DNA from: Bdellovibrionota bacterium
Lineage (GTDB): Bacteria > Bdellovibrionota > UBA1018 > UBA923
Direction of reading: 5' to 3'
Length of the DNA stretch: 15,298 nt
NCBI GenBank assembly: GCA_040754655.1
Contig: JBFMCE010000094.1
Coordinates: forward strand, 1 to 15,298
Below are positions 6,583-15,298 of this stretch, one piece after another. Every line of letters starts with the position of its first letter. The stretch's first letter is position 1. The notes beneath the pieces are model-generated. The model was not told the origin of the DNA, searched no databases, and saw nothing but the letters and a program-made list of their open reading frames with translations. The translations under genes were made by a program, and so were the position numbers.

Positions 6583-8274
6583 GTGGTAGAATTTTTCAAG
6601 AAAATATCGGGACAGATCCAAGAGTTTTTCAAGAGCCTCACTCCGGGACGTAAAGTGGGCCTTGTGCTCACGGGACTCGCCGTGATGACGAGCTTCGCGG
6701 CGCTTTTCTTCTGGGCCGGCGAGAAAGACTACACGGTCTTGGGTTCGAACCTGGCGGCTGAAGACGCAACCGCGATCATGCGAATCCTTCGCGAGAAGAA
6801 GATCCCCTTTCGCGTTGAGAACGACGGAAAGACGATCAAGCTTCCGCCTGAGGCTGTTTATGACCTGCGCTTGGAACTTGCCACGATGGGTTTGCCTCAG
6901 ACCGGGGTGGTGGGATACGAAGTTTTTGATAAGCAGAGCTTCGGCCAAACGAGTTTCATTCAGAAGATCAATCAAAAGAGAGCGCTTGAAGGCGAATTGA
7001 TGCGAACGGTCAATAACCTGAAGGGCGTCAAAAGGTCGAGGGTGCACCTGGCGCTTCCGAATAAATCCACTTTCATCGAAGATCAAAAAAGACCAACGGC
7101 CAGCGTCGTGCTCGACATTGAGCCCGGGGTTCAGCTTCAGGAAAAACAGATCACTGGCATCTCTCACATGGTCGCGAGCGCCGTGGAGGGGATGGAGATC
7201 GGCGATGTCACCATCGTCGATGCCAACGGCAAGTTGTTGTCGAAGAATACGAACGATCCTTTGGCCCACCAGACGGCGACGATGCTCGACTACCAGACGA
7301 AGCTTGAGGCTGAGTACGAGAAACGGGTCACCGAGATCCTTACGAAGGTAGTAGGCGAAGGGAAAGTCGTCACCAAGGTTTCACTTGAGCTCGATTTCAC
7401 GCAGCAAAGCGAGACGCAGACGCAGTACGACGCTGAAGGTTCTGCCGTGAAATCACAGCAAAAAGAAAACCACGTCATGGATGGGTCTCGCCCAGTGCCT
7501 AACGGCGCACCTGGGGCTTTGGCTAACGCTCCGGGACCTGCGAGCCAAGTTCCGGAGGTGAGGAACAATACTCAGAAGAACTTTGAAACGACAAACTACG
7601 CGGTTCCTGAAAAAGTCGTGCGCATGACCAAGCCGATCGGCGCGATCAAACGCATGTCAGTGGCTGTTCTGGTTGACGGGCTTTACTCAAAAGATGCCGC
7701 GAAACCCGAGGCCCAACCCGTTTTCCAAAAATGGACCGACGATAAGCTGGGTGAGTTTAAAACAATCGTGGCTTCAAGCGTGGGCCTTGACCTCAAGCGA
7801 GGGGATTCGATCGAGGTCAAGAACATGGAGTTCAGGCATGAAGACCTCGAGAATGCCGATGCGCAAATCGCCGCGTTCGAACGCCGCAAGCTAACTATGC
7901 ATGTCGTGCAGTACGGGGTCTTGGGGATCGCCATCGCGCTGTTCTTCTTCTTCGTGGTCCGTCCTTTCGTGAAATGGCTGACCGACAATACGGTTGAAAA
8001 CATGGAAAGCTTCCTCCCTCGCACCATCGAAGAGTTAGAAAAGATGGAAGATAAAGAAGAATTGCAGGCGGTTGAAGACGCGATTCCCGTGATCGTCGAC
8101 AAGGTCGACCCTGAAAAGGTCGAAGGGGAGATGATCAAAGAGAAGGTCGTGACTTTGGTCGAAAGCAACCCGCATAAGGCGGCGATGATCCTTCATGAGT
8201 GGGTGCATATGCCTTCAATGAAAAACCAGAATCCCGATAAAAATGCAGCTCCCGCAGCTGGGGCGAAGAAATAA
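6583..8274 (+). CDS. fliF: Flagellar MS-ring protein FliF
   Basis: GTG start after GAGGAG. Two TM segments. Motifs GYEVFDKQSFGQTSF, RALEGELMRT, RVHLALP and PTASVVL. Confidence 0.97.
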   Translation: MVEFFKKISGQIQEFFKSLTPGRKVGLVLTGLAVMTSFAALFFWAGEKDYTVLGSNLAAEDATAIMRILREKKIPFRVENDGKTIKLPPEAVYDLRLELATMGLPQTGVVGYEVFDKQSFGQTSFIQKINQKRALEGELMRTVNNLKGVKRSRVHLALPNKSTFIEDQKRPTASVVLDIEPGVQLQEKQITGISHMVASAVEGMEIGDVTIVDANGKLLSKNTNDPLAHQTATMLDYQTKLEAEYEKRVTEILTKVVGEGKVVTKVSLELDFTQQSETQTQYDAEGSAVKSQQKENHVMDGSRPVPNGAPGALANAPGPASQVPEVRNNTQKNFETTNYAVPEKVVRMTKPIGAIKRMSVAVLVDGLYSKDAAKPEAQPVFQKWTDDKLGEFKTIVASSVGLDLKRGDSIEVKNMEFRHEDLENADAQIAAFERRKLTMHVVQYGVLGIAIALFFFFVVRPFVKWLTDNTVENMESFLPRTIEELEKMEDKEELQAVEDAIPVIVDKVDPEKVEGEMIKEKVVTLVESNPHKAAMILHEWVHMPSMKNQNPDKNAAPAAGAKK

Positions 8275-8285
8275 GGTGAACTTCA

Positions 8286-9311
8286 ATGGCTGAACCGGCG
8301 AAAATAATGGTTTACGAAGATCTCTCGGGTCTTGAGAAAACTGCCCTGTTGCTTAACGTGTTAGGCACCCAAGTGACGGCGCAAATCTTCAAGAAGATGA
8401 AAGACAACGACATCAAGAGAATCGTCAGCGTGATGGGCAACGTTCAGAAGTCTCCTATCGCGATCGTGCGGCAAGTATTGGAAGATTTTTATGCGCAGAT
8501 CTCGGAAGAAGAAGAATTGATCTTTGGCCAGGGAAGCGGCCGCGAGTTCATCTTGGCGACCCTCGGCGAAGAACGCGCGAAGACGGTCTTAGGACAGCTT
8601 TCAGTTCTTGAAGGCTCGAGAACCCTTGAGGCCCTTGAGCTGGTCGACGCCCGAACGCTTTCGAACTTCTTGATCAACGAGCATCCTCAAACCATCGCGT
8701 TGATTCTCGCCCATCTTGAGCCGAACAAGAAGACCGATGTTTTGAAAAGGCTGCCGGAAGCGATCCAGACCGAAGTGGTGCTTCGTATCGCGAACCTCGA
8801 CTTCATCAGCCCGACGCTCATCGCGCAGGTCGACGAGGTGCTCAAGCAAGAGCTCGCGACTTTGGGCTCGATCGACACGCAGCAACTCGGGGGGGTTCAG
8901 CCCATCGCCGATATGCTCAACGTCATGGACAAGACGACCGAGCAGAACATCATGGCCCGCGTCGAAGAAAAAGACCCGCAATTGGCGGAAGAGATCCGAA
9001 AGCTCATGTTCGTATTCGAAGACATCATTTTCATCGACGACCGCGGCATGCAGCAGCTGCTTAAGGAAGTACAGAATGACAAGCTTGTGATCGCGTTGAA
9101 AACCGCTCCGGACGAGATGAAGGACAAGATCTTCCGGAATATGTCGAAGCGCGCGGCGCAGTTGCTTAAAGACGACCTCGATGCGCTTGGCCCAGTGCGC
9201 TTGAGCGACGTAGAGACCGCCCAACAAGAGATCGTGAACGTGGCGAAACGGCTCGAGGCGGAAGGCAAGATCATGATCAGCAGAGGCGGTGAAGCAGATG
9301 CCCTCGTCTAA
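8286..9311 (+). CDS. fliG: Flagellar motor switch protein FliG
   Basis: Motifs EHPQTIALILAHL, MFVFED, NMSKRAA and GPVRLSDVETAQQEI. Confidence 0.98.
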   Translation: MAEPAKIMVYEDLSGLEKTALLLNVLGTQVTAQIFKKMKDNDIKRIVSVMGNVQKSPIAIVRQVLEDFYAQISEEEELIFGQGSGREFILATLGEERAKTVLGQLSVLEGSRTLEALELVDARTLSNFLINEHPQTIALILAHLEPNKKTDVLKRLPEAIQTEVVLRIANLDFISPTLIAQVDEVLKQELATLGSIDTQQLGGVQPIADMLNVMDKTTEQNIMARVEEKDPQLAEEIRKLMFVFEDIIFIDDRGMQQLLKEVQNDKLVIALKTAPDEMKDKIFRNMSKRAAQLLKDDLDALGPVRLSDVETAQQEIVNVAKRLEAEGKIMISRGGEADALV

Positions 9312-10170
9312 ACCGACCACGACGAGCGTCGGGAATATTTCGATCACCGAAATGCCGAAGAACGACCTTCGTCCGGCGGGAGAACCGCAAGAAGGAGAGG
9401 GCACGCGCATTGGCGGCCAAAACATCGTGACCATCGATGTTGATCGAGAGAACGTGATCGAGGATTACAACCCCGGCGCATTGAGCAACACGAAGGGGAT
9501 TCATTACTCTGACGTCATCCGAGATTCTAAGGAGTCGGCTTCGCGCAAGAGCGCAAGGTTCCGTCTTAATGAACTGACTCGCGGACCTCTTTCGGTTGAA
9601 GAGGAGGAAGAAGAACGCATCCAATCTGAGATCGAAAAGAGACTAGAGGTCAGATTCAATGAAATGCGCGAGCAGGTCAACAAGGAGGCCTATGAGGAAG
9701 GATTTGCAGCGGGCAAGAATGACGCTAAGACTCAGGTCTTGGCTGAAGCGAAACCTCTGATCGAGGGGTTTGACAAATTCGTTCACGAGCTTGAGAACGC
9801 GCGCCACGAGATCTACAAGGCGAATGAAGAGTTCCTCATCAACCTTGTTTGCAAGCTGGCGAAAGCCGTGATCCTGAGGGAACTCAAGGAAGACGTCGAT
9901 TACACCAAGCGCCTGATCGTAGGGCTTCTGGACCGGGTCGGTACTCGCGAGAACATCAAGATCTTCGTCGGTAACGAGGTATATTCTTCCGCGGACAAGC
10001 TCAAAGAGGGGCTTGCGCAAAACCTGGGTCAGCTCAAAAATATATCTATAGAGCTTGATCCCGAGATTGAGAACCGGGGATGCCGGGTGGAGACTGAGTT
10101 CGGCGAGATCGATGCTCGTATTTCCGTTCAGCTTCAAAGTATCGCCCAGACGATGGGAGTCGCGTTTTAA
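9298..10170 (+). CDS. fliH: Flagellar export protein FliH
   Basis: Located between fliG and fliI, with the AYEEGFAAGKNDA AxxxGxxxG repeat and C-terminal GCRVETEFGEIDA. The start is uncertain: GTG 9289, ATG 9298 overlapping the fliG end (preferred) or ATG 9352. Confidence 0.9.
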   Translation: MPSSKPTTTSVGNISITEMPKNDLRPAGEPQEGEGTRIGGQNIVTIDVDRENVIEDYNPGALSNTKGIHYSDVIRDSKESASRKSARFRLNELTRGPLSVEEEEEERIQSEIEKRLEVRFNEMREQVNKEAYEEGFAAGKNDAKTQVLAEAKPLIEGFDKFVHELENARHEIYKANEEFLINLVCKLAKAVILRELKEDVDYTKRLIVGLLDRVGTRENIKIFVGNEVYSSADKLKEGLAQNLGQLKNISIELDPEIENRGCRVETEFGEIDARISVQLQSIAQTMGVAF

Positions 10171-10173
10171 GTT

Positions 10174-10192
10174 GATGGTCAGGATGACCGTC
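10174..10192 (+). promoter_or_regulatory. Hairpin with CAGGAUG loop between fliH and fliI (CsrA-like site)
   Basis: GATGGTC-AGGAT-GACCGTC forms a 7 bp stem with one G-U pair. A second GGA lies in the GGAGG site at 10203-10207. Confidence 0.45.
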
Positions 10193-10217
10193 GATGGCTT
10201 TTGGAGGCAGTTTACGC

Positions 10218-11600
10218 ATGGAAGCGTACACGTTCAATCAGCGGACCTATAACGAGAAGCTCGCAAAGATGCTGCTCTATCGGGAGCGAGGCAGGGTTTC
10301 AAAGAGCGTGGGGCTCACTTTCGAAGGGTATCTGCCAGGCGCGTCGGTAGGCAGCTTGGTTCGCATCGTTTCGTCAAATTCACACGAGATCAGCGCCGAT
10401 CCGCTTACCCATGAAAATTACATAGACGCCGAAGTCATAGGCTTTCGAGATAAGAAGGTGATTCTCATGCCGCTCGCTGAGGCCCGCGGCGTGAGCAATT
10501 CAAGCAAGATCATACTTACCGAGACGGAAGCAGCCGTGAGCGTGGGCGATTTTCTCTTAGGACGAGTGATCGACGGGAAGGGCGAACCGTTAGACGGAAA
10601 GGGAAGCCTCGCCCAAGGCGTCAAGAGCGTTGAGCGAAGAAGCATTTACGGAACCCCGGTGAATCCGCTCGATCGCGCTTGCATTGAACAGCCCCTTGAT
10701 CTCGGAGTGAAAGCGATTAATTCGCTTCTCACCTGCGGAAAGGGGCAGCGCATGGGGATCATGGCTGGTTCCGGCGTCGGAAAAAGCGTGCTTCTCGGCA
10801 TGATGGCAAGGAATACCCGCGCCCATGTGAACGTCATCGCGTTGATTGGTGAGCGGGGCCGCGAGGTAAGAGAATTTATTGAGCGCGATCTGGGCCCTGA
10901 AGGGCTTGCGCGCTCAGTGGTCGTCGTTTCGACCAGCGACAAGTCGCCCCTTTTGCGGATGAGAGGCGCCTTTGTCGCCACTACGATCGCAGAATACTTT
11001 TGCGAAAGAGGCATGGACGTTTTGCTTTTGATGGATTCCGTGACCCGCTTTGCGATGGCTCAGCGTGAGATCGGACTCAGTATGGGTGAACCTCCGGCAA
11101 GCAAAGGCTATACCCCTTCGGTTTTTTCGACCCTGCCAAAACTTCTTGAGCGCGCGGGAACCCGTCCTGGCCGCGGAAGCATCACCGGCCTTTACACGGT
11201 GTTGGTCGAGGGCGACGACATGGATGAACCCATCGCTGATGCGACGCGATCAATTCTTGACGGGCACATCGTGCTTTCCAGGCAACTTGCGGCGCGCAAT
11301 CACTACCCGGCGATTGATATCGCGGCAAGCGTGAGCAGGGTGATGACTTCGATCATATCCCAGTCGCACCGAAGGATCGCGGGCGAAGTACGCGATTTGA
11401 TGAGCGTCTATGCGGCTCACGAGGACCTGATCAATATCGGGGCCTATGTGAAGGGCGCGAATCCAAGGCTTGACCAGGCGATCGCGGTGATCGATCGCAT
11501 CAAGATGTTTTTAAAGCAAAATGTCGGAGAAAAATCATCACTTCAAGAATCGGTGGCGATGATGGATGGAATTTTAAGGACGATTAGCGAGCAGAAATGA
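10218..11600 (+). CDS. fliI: Flagellar export ATPase FliI
   Basis: Walker A AGSGVGKS, ALIGERGREV, Walker B LLLMDSVTRFA, and GSITGLYTVLVEGDD. ATG 10218 follows GGAGG; an alternative start is 10194. Confidence 0.97.
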   Translation: MEAYTFNQRTYNEKLAKMLLYRERGRVSKSVGLTFEGYLPGASVGSLVRIVSSNSHEISADPLTHENYIDAEVIGFRDKKVILMPLAEARGVSNSSKIILTETEAAVSVGDFLLGRVIDGKGEPLDGKGSLAQGVKSVERRSIYGTPVNPLDRACIEQPLDLGVKAINSLLTCGKGQRMGIMAGSGVGKSVLLGMMARNTRAHVNVIALIGERGREVREFIERDLGPEGLARSVVVVSTSDKSPLLRMRGAFVATTIAEYFCERGMDVLLLMDSVTRFAMAQREIGLSMGEPPASKGYTPSVFSTLPKLLERAGTRPGRGSITGLYTVLVEGDDMDEPIADATRSILDGHIVLSRQLAARNHYPAIDIAASVSRVMTSIISQSHRRIAGEVRDLMSVYAAHEDLINIGAYVKGANPRLDQAIAVIDRIKMFLKQNVGEKSSLQESVAMMDGILRTISEQK

Positions 11601-12082
11601 AAAAGTTCAAGTTCAACCTTGAAATCGTTTTAGGCGAGAGAAAGAGAAGCGAGGACCTGAGGCTTCGCGAGTGGACTCTTGCGAGAAAAATCCTGCAGAC
11701 GATGCTTGACGATCTGAACGCGCTAGAGACGCGTCTTGTGAAAGCTTTCGACGAGTCGACCGATCTCGCGATGAAACAGTCAGGCCTTGGCGGAAGCAAT
11801 ATCGCGATGCTTGGCACCGTTGAATCGTTCATTTCAGGCGTGAAGGTGAAGATCCAGTGGAAAAAACAAGAGATCGAACGCGCTTTGAAACTTACCGAGA
11901 GAACAAGGGTTGAGTACGTCAAGGCCAGGCAAAAGAGGGAAGCTCTCGAGAAATTGAAGGCCAGCCGCCATGAAGAATTCAGGAAACGGGTGCGTAAACG
12001 TGAGCTGAAGGACCTGGATGACATGTACGTCATGTCGGGTGCTGCGCGAAGGCGCTCTGAAGAAGAGGAGGAGACCCTGTGA
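11597..12082 (+). CDS. fliJ: Flagellar export protein FliJ
   Basis: MKKFKFNLE N-terminus, coiled coil, KREALEKLK...RELKDLDD C-terminus. ATGA overlap with fliI. Confidence 0.9.
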   Translation: MKKFKFNLEIVLGERKRSEDLRLREWTLARKILQTMLDDLNALETRLVKAFDESTDLAMKQSGLGGSNIAMLGTVESFISGVKVKIQWKKQEIERALKLTERTRVEYVKARQKREALEKLKASRHEEFRKRVRKRELKDLDDMYVMSGAARRRSEEEEETL

Positions 12083-12819
12083 ATCGAATCCAGTTGGGAT
12101 TTCGGGTGTTTTGCATGGTCGTTCTCTTTCTTGCGTTCGTGGAAGTGCTTTCGGTGAGGGCTGAGACGCCCGCGTCTTCCGAAGCTCAGCCGCACTCAGA
12201 GCCTCAACAGGAGGATCAAGTTCCGCATTCTTCGATGGAAAACGGCGTCGCTAATGGCCATGACAAAGGGGCCGTCGATTCTTCGTCTGAGAACGCACAG
12301 TCTGTAGCGGCGTTTGAAGCGCGTAAACGGGAATTGCAAGAACATGAAGAGCGAGTCAAAGAGCGTGAAAAAGAACTCGAACGGAAAATCAGCCAACTTG
12401 AGCAGCTGCGTGGAGAAGTGAGCGGTGAGTTCGAGAACCAGCGCAAAAACAACGAAGAGCGTGTTGCCAAGATAGTCGCTGTATTCGAAACGATGTCGCC
12501 GAAATCATCTGCTGGGGTTCTCGAGACCTTGGATGATTGGCTAGCCGTCGAAGTGCTCAAACGCATGGACGTGAAGCGCGTGGCTAAGGTCATGAATATC
12601 ATGGACAAGAACAGATCGGCCAGGCTCTCAGAAATTCTTACAGGTTACTACCGTCCGGAAAACGACAGAAAGATTTCAAGTATAAAAGGTGTTGTTCAAA
12701 AGGCAGGTCAAGCGCAGGCGGCTCCTGTTGCGAAAACGGAAGCTGCTGCTGAAACGCCTGGCGTCGCGTCGAAGAAGACCGATGCCCTCAAATCTCAAAA
12801 GAAAGGAGGTGAAAGATGA
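12079..12819 (+). CDS. MotE/FlbB/YlxF-like flagellar protein (signal/TM, coiled coil, MgtE-N-like helical domain)
   Basis: GTGA overlap with fliJ. Hydrophobic N-terminus, charged coiled coil and KIVAVFETMSPKSSAGVLETLD...LKRMD...AKVMNIMD pattern. Conserved fliJ-X-fliK position. Confidence 0.8.
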   Translation: MNRIQLGFRVFCMVVLFLAFVEVLSVRAETPASSEAQPHSEPQQEDQVPHSSMENGVANGHDKGAVDSSSENAQSVAAFEARKRELQEHEERVKEREKELERKISQLEQLRGEVSGEFENQRKNNEERVAKIVAVFETMSPKSSAGVLETLDDWLAVEVLKRMDVKRVAKVMNIMDKNRSARLSEILTGYYRPENDRKISSIKGVVQKAGQAQAAPVAKTEAAAETPGVASKKTDALKSQKKGGER

Positions 12820-14475
12820 ATGGTAAACAATCTACCAGGTCCCGATAAGGGACTATTAGACATTCTTTTTGGAGGCGGGCAAAAGGCTAACGCGACACAA
12901 GCCGTTGTGCCAGGAGAAGCTTCTGCAGCGGATTTCACGCAGATGCTTGCTCAAGCTCAGGACCAAAAGGCGATGCCTGCGGCCAATGAAACCACGGCTC
13001 AGGCGGCGCTCAAGGGTGAGTTTAGCCAAAGTGCGATGGGTTCGCAAACGGTAGCAGTAGGATCGCAAGGCGGAGCGGAAAAGCAAAAGACAGCCTCTGC
13101 TTTGGGTCAGTCCGGAAGCGAAGCCCGATTCGCCACTGAAAAGAAGAAGAAAACCGAGTCAGATCAAACGTCGGCAAACGAAGCGATGGGTGTGGCAGCA
13201 ATGGCTGCGGGCACGCAGAAAAACGGCTCTGCCATGATTTCCAAGGCGGAACAGGCTGCGCAACCGAAAACACCGACTCTTCAGAACGATCAGCGCAAAC
13301 TTCAACACCAGTTGAAGCCAACCGCGGGAGTTCAGAAAGAAGGTGGCGCTCCTCAGGTTGGGCTAGCGCAAGGGAAGTTTTTGGTGGCTCCTGAGCAGTT
13401 TTCAGGCGGCAAGGTCAACGCGACTAAAAGTGGTCAAGAGTCTTGGCTACCCCAGGGCATGAGCAGTGACCTCGTGCAGGGCCTAACGGCTTTGCCAAAC
13501 CAAGGCGCTAGTCAACAGCAAGCCATGCAAGCAGTGTTAGCGGAAGGATCGCAGGCACCGCAAGCGACGGTCTTGCAACCCATCATCGTGCAGACGCCGA
13601 TGGCTTTTCCGGTGACGCTCGAATCACGGGGCACAGACCCTGTGGTTGGTTCTGGAGCTGGAGCGGCAGAATGGGAGATCGACAGATCGGATTCAAGACT
13701 GATGCGTCAGGGTGATCGTCAGGTCGTTGAGAATTCAAATTTGCTCTCATCGCAGGATTTCATCGATAAGAGAGCGAATATTCTCGGGGTAGGGCGGGCG
13801 GATCCACGACTCCAAGGTCGTGCGCCAAGCCTGAAGTCGGCGGATCTTTTCGAGAGACCAGCGTTGCGGTCGCTAGAAGAGAAAGCTGATCAACGTGATG
13901 TCAGCCTCGTTGTACCGCAACTCATGATGGGCAGGGAACCTGCTCAAGGCTTGAATGAGGTGCATGAGCTGCAAACGGCACCGATGGCAGGTCGCGCATC
14001 AGTAGATGTGAGCAATCCGATGGTACTGGCTTCTCAAATAGAGCGTTTAGCAAATCAGGGTGGAGGCGTTGTTCGAGTCAGAGTGATGCCTGAGAACCTT
14101 GGTGAACTCGTGATTTCGGTGAAGAACCGGGGTTCACGGCTCGATGTTCAATTTGAGGCGAGCTCAAGTGAGGCGAGACAGGCGTTGTTGGAGTCTGCCG
14201 CTGATCTCAAAAGCGTGCTTCAGGCCGCGCGCCACGATGTAGGAAATATTGAAGTGGCTGCTAGGTCAGGACACGTTTTTGCAGCTGAGCCTTCAGTCGC
14301 TGCGGGCTCTTCGTGGAACGCTCAGAATTACAACCAAGACAGGTCGCAAGACGGAGGGCAGTCAGGCCGTTTGTGGGATCAGTACTTGAACCAGCGTGAT
14401 GGAGACCACCACACCGGTGGTGGGCGTCAACACGAAGGTCACAAGCGTTATCGCGAGTATGAGCTTGGGGCTTAA
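12820..14475 (+). CDS. fliK: Flagellar hook-length control protein FliK
   Basis: Long low-complexity Ala/Gln/Ser/Gly N-terminus. C-terminal VRVRVMPENLGELVISV...VQFEAS...ARQALLES...LKSVL domain. AGGAGGTG SD; position before flgD. Confidence 0.9.
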   Translation: MVNNLPGPDKGLLDILFGGGQKANATQAVVPGEASAADFTQMLAQAQDQKAMPAANETTAQAALKGEFSQSAMGSQTVAVGSQGGAEKQKTASALGQSGSEARFATEKKKKTESDQTSANEAMGVAAMAAGTQKNGSAMISKAEQAAQPKTPTLQNDQRKLQHQLKPTAGVQKEGGAPQVGLAQGKFLVAPEQFSGGKVNATKSGQESWLPQGMSSDLVQGLTALPNQGASQQQAMQAVLAEGSQAPQATVLQPIIVQTPMAFPVTLESRGTDPVVGSGAGAAEWEIDRSDSRLMRQGDRQVVENSNLLSSQDFIDKRANILGVGRADPRLQGRAPSLKSADLFERPALRSLEEKADQRDVSLVVPQLMMGREPAQGLNEVHELQTAPMAGRASVDVSNPMVLASQIERLANQGGGVVRVRVMPENLGELVISVKNRGSRLDVQFEASSSEARQALLESAADLKSVLQAARHDVGNIEVAARSGHVFAAEPSVAAGSSWNAQNYNQDRSQDGGQSGRLWDQYLNQRDGDHHTGGGRQHEGHKRYREYELGA

Positions 14476-14481
14476 GATCTG

Positions 14482-14510
14482 GAAGTGAAGTGAAGTGAAG
14501 TGAAGTGAGT
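14482..14510 (+). repeat. Pentanucleotide microsatellite (GAAGT)5 plus degenerate GAGT
   Basis: Five perfect GAAGT copies at 14482-14506, starting 6 nt after the fliK stop. Confidence 0.92.
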
Positions 14511-14553
14511 GAGAAACGAGAGGCGAGCATCAAAGCTTGCCTCTCATTCTCGC
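14509..14553 (+). other. Long intergenic stem-loop between fliK and flgD
   Basis: GTGAGAA-AC-GAGAGGCGAGC-ATCAAA-GCTTGCCTCTC-A-TTCTCGC, followed by an A-run rather than a U-tract. Confidence 0.7.
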
Positions 14554-14570
14554 AAAAAGGATAGAAGAAA

Positions 14571-15298
14571 TTGATAAATACACTGAATCCGTCAAAAAAA
14601 CCGGGGCACGATGCGCAGCACAGCGAAGTGCTCGAACGCATCCATCGTGAATACGGAGCGCCCGAAGAGAAGCAGCGCGAGGCCGTGAAGAAGCTCGGCA
14701 AAGACGAATTCTTCAAGATCATGGTGACTCAGATTCAACACCAAGATCCGCTCAAGCCTTATCAAAACGAGCAAATGGCGGCTCAAATGGCCCAGTTCAC
14801 ATCACTAGAGCAGATGATGAACGTGAATCAAAACCTTGAGAAACTTGCCCAGGCTCAGCAACCTTTGCACAATCTCGGGGCCGCGCACCTCATCGGAAAA
14901 TTCATTACCGCCGATTCAAGCAGGCTCATTCACACCGAAGGACGCTACAGCGATCTCAACTTCAATTTGCCGGCGGACGCGCATCATGTGAGGGTCGTGG
15001 TCTTGAACGATCGAGGCGAGAACATTCGCGAGATCGAAGCGCACGACTTGAAGAAGGGTGATGCCAAACTTTCTTGGGACGGAAAACAATCCAACCGAAT
15101 GCCTGCGAAAAGCGGCCAATACCTTATCCAAATTTCGGCGTCGACCGCGGATGGCAAACCCATCTCAGTTCAAACTCAACGCACTGAGATTGTGCATGGC
15201 GTGGCGTTTGAAGGCAAGGAAACCGTCTTGCTCACGGGTGACGTGACCAAACCGCAAAAGATCCTCTTGAAGAATGTTTATAAGGTCGTTGAAAAACC
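14571..15298 (+). CDS. flgD: Flagellar hook-capping protein FlgD (3' truncated by window edge; absent from the ORF track)
   Basis: Manual translation from TTG 14571 (AAGGA upstream) gives ...KKLGKDEFFKIMVTQIQHQDPLKPYQNEQMAAQMAQFTSLEQM..., then an Ig-like domain with LSWDGK. The frame is open to the window end. Confidence 0.95.
   Translation, partial: MINTLNPSKKPGHDAQHSEVLERIHREYGAPEEKQREAVKKLGKDEFFKIMVTQIQHQDPLKPYQNEQMAAQMAQFTSLEQMMNVNQNLEKLAQAQQPLHNLGAAHLIGKFITADSSRLIHTEGRYSDLNFNLPADAHHVRVVVLNDRGENIREIEAHDLKKGDAKLSWDGKQSNRMPAKSGQYLIQISASTADGKPISVQTQRTEIVHGVAFEGKETVLLTGDVTKPQKILLKNVYKVVEK

Noticed and set aside
6163..7269. 368 aa antisense ORF over fliE/fliF, and similar ones over fliG, fliH and fliJ
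   Set aside because: Long antisense frames are expected from the codon bias of these genes. There are no motifs, and they fully overlap conserved flagellar genes.
14509..14558. fliK-flgD hairpin as an intrinsic terminator
   Set aside because: No U-tract follows the stem on either strand, so it is kept only as a structural element.
5305..15298. Operon as a non-flagellar type III secretion system
   Set aside because: flgB, flgC, fliE, fliG, fliK and flgD are flagellum-specific, and the gene order is the canonical flagellar one.

Overview
Bacterial chromosomal window with three parts. Gene order and protein style suggest Bdellovibrionota or a related deltaproteobacterium; this is inference only. 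(1) The 3' end of groES and a complete groEL, closed by a strong intrinsic terminator. (2) An accessory block of about 3.3 kb. It holds two tandem paralogous secreted trypsin-fold (S1, V8-like) serine protease genes on the minus strand. The upstream copy is split by a single missing A in an A-run. They are preceded by a consensus sigma-54 promoter with IHF-like and enhancer-like sites. Next comes a ~900 bp unannotated gap containing a probable IS left-end/transposase stub that abuts a truncated signal-peptide ORF. (3) A sigma-54-preceded flagellar operon, flgB-flgC-fliE-fliF-fliG-fliH-fliI-fliJ-(MotE/FlbB-like)-fliK-flgD (partial). The most interesting unannotated signals are the divergent sigma-54 promoters linking proteases and flagella, the frameshift at an A_AAA_AAT heptamer, the IS scar with an RBS-sequestering stem, CsrA-like GGA-loop hairpins before flgB and fliI, and a (GAAGT)5 microsatellite plus hairpin between fliK and flgD. 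I see no CRISPR array, tRNA or rRNA, and no clearly new multi-gene system can be proven from sequence alone.
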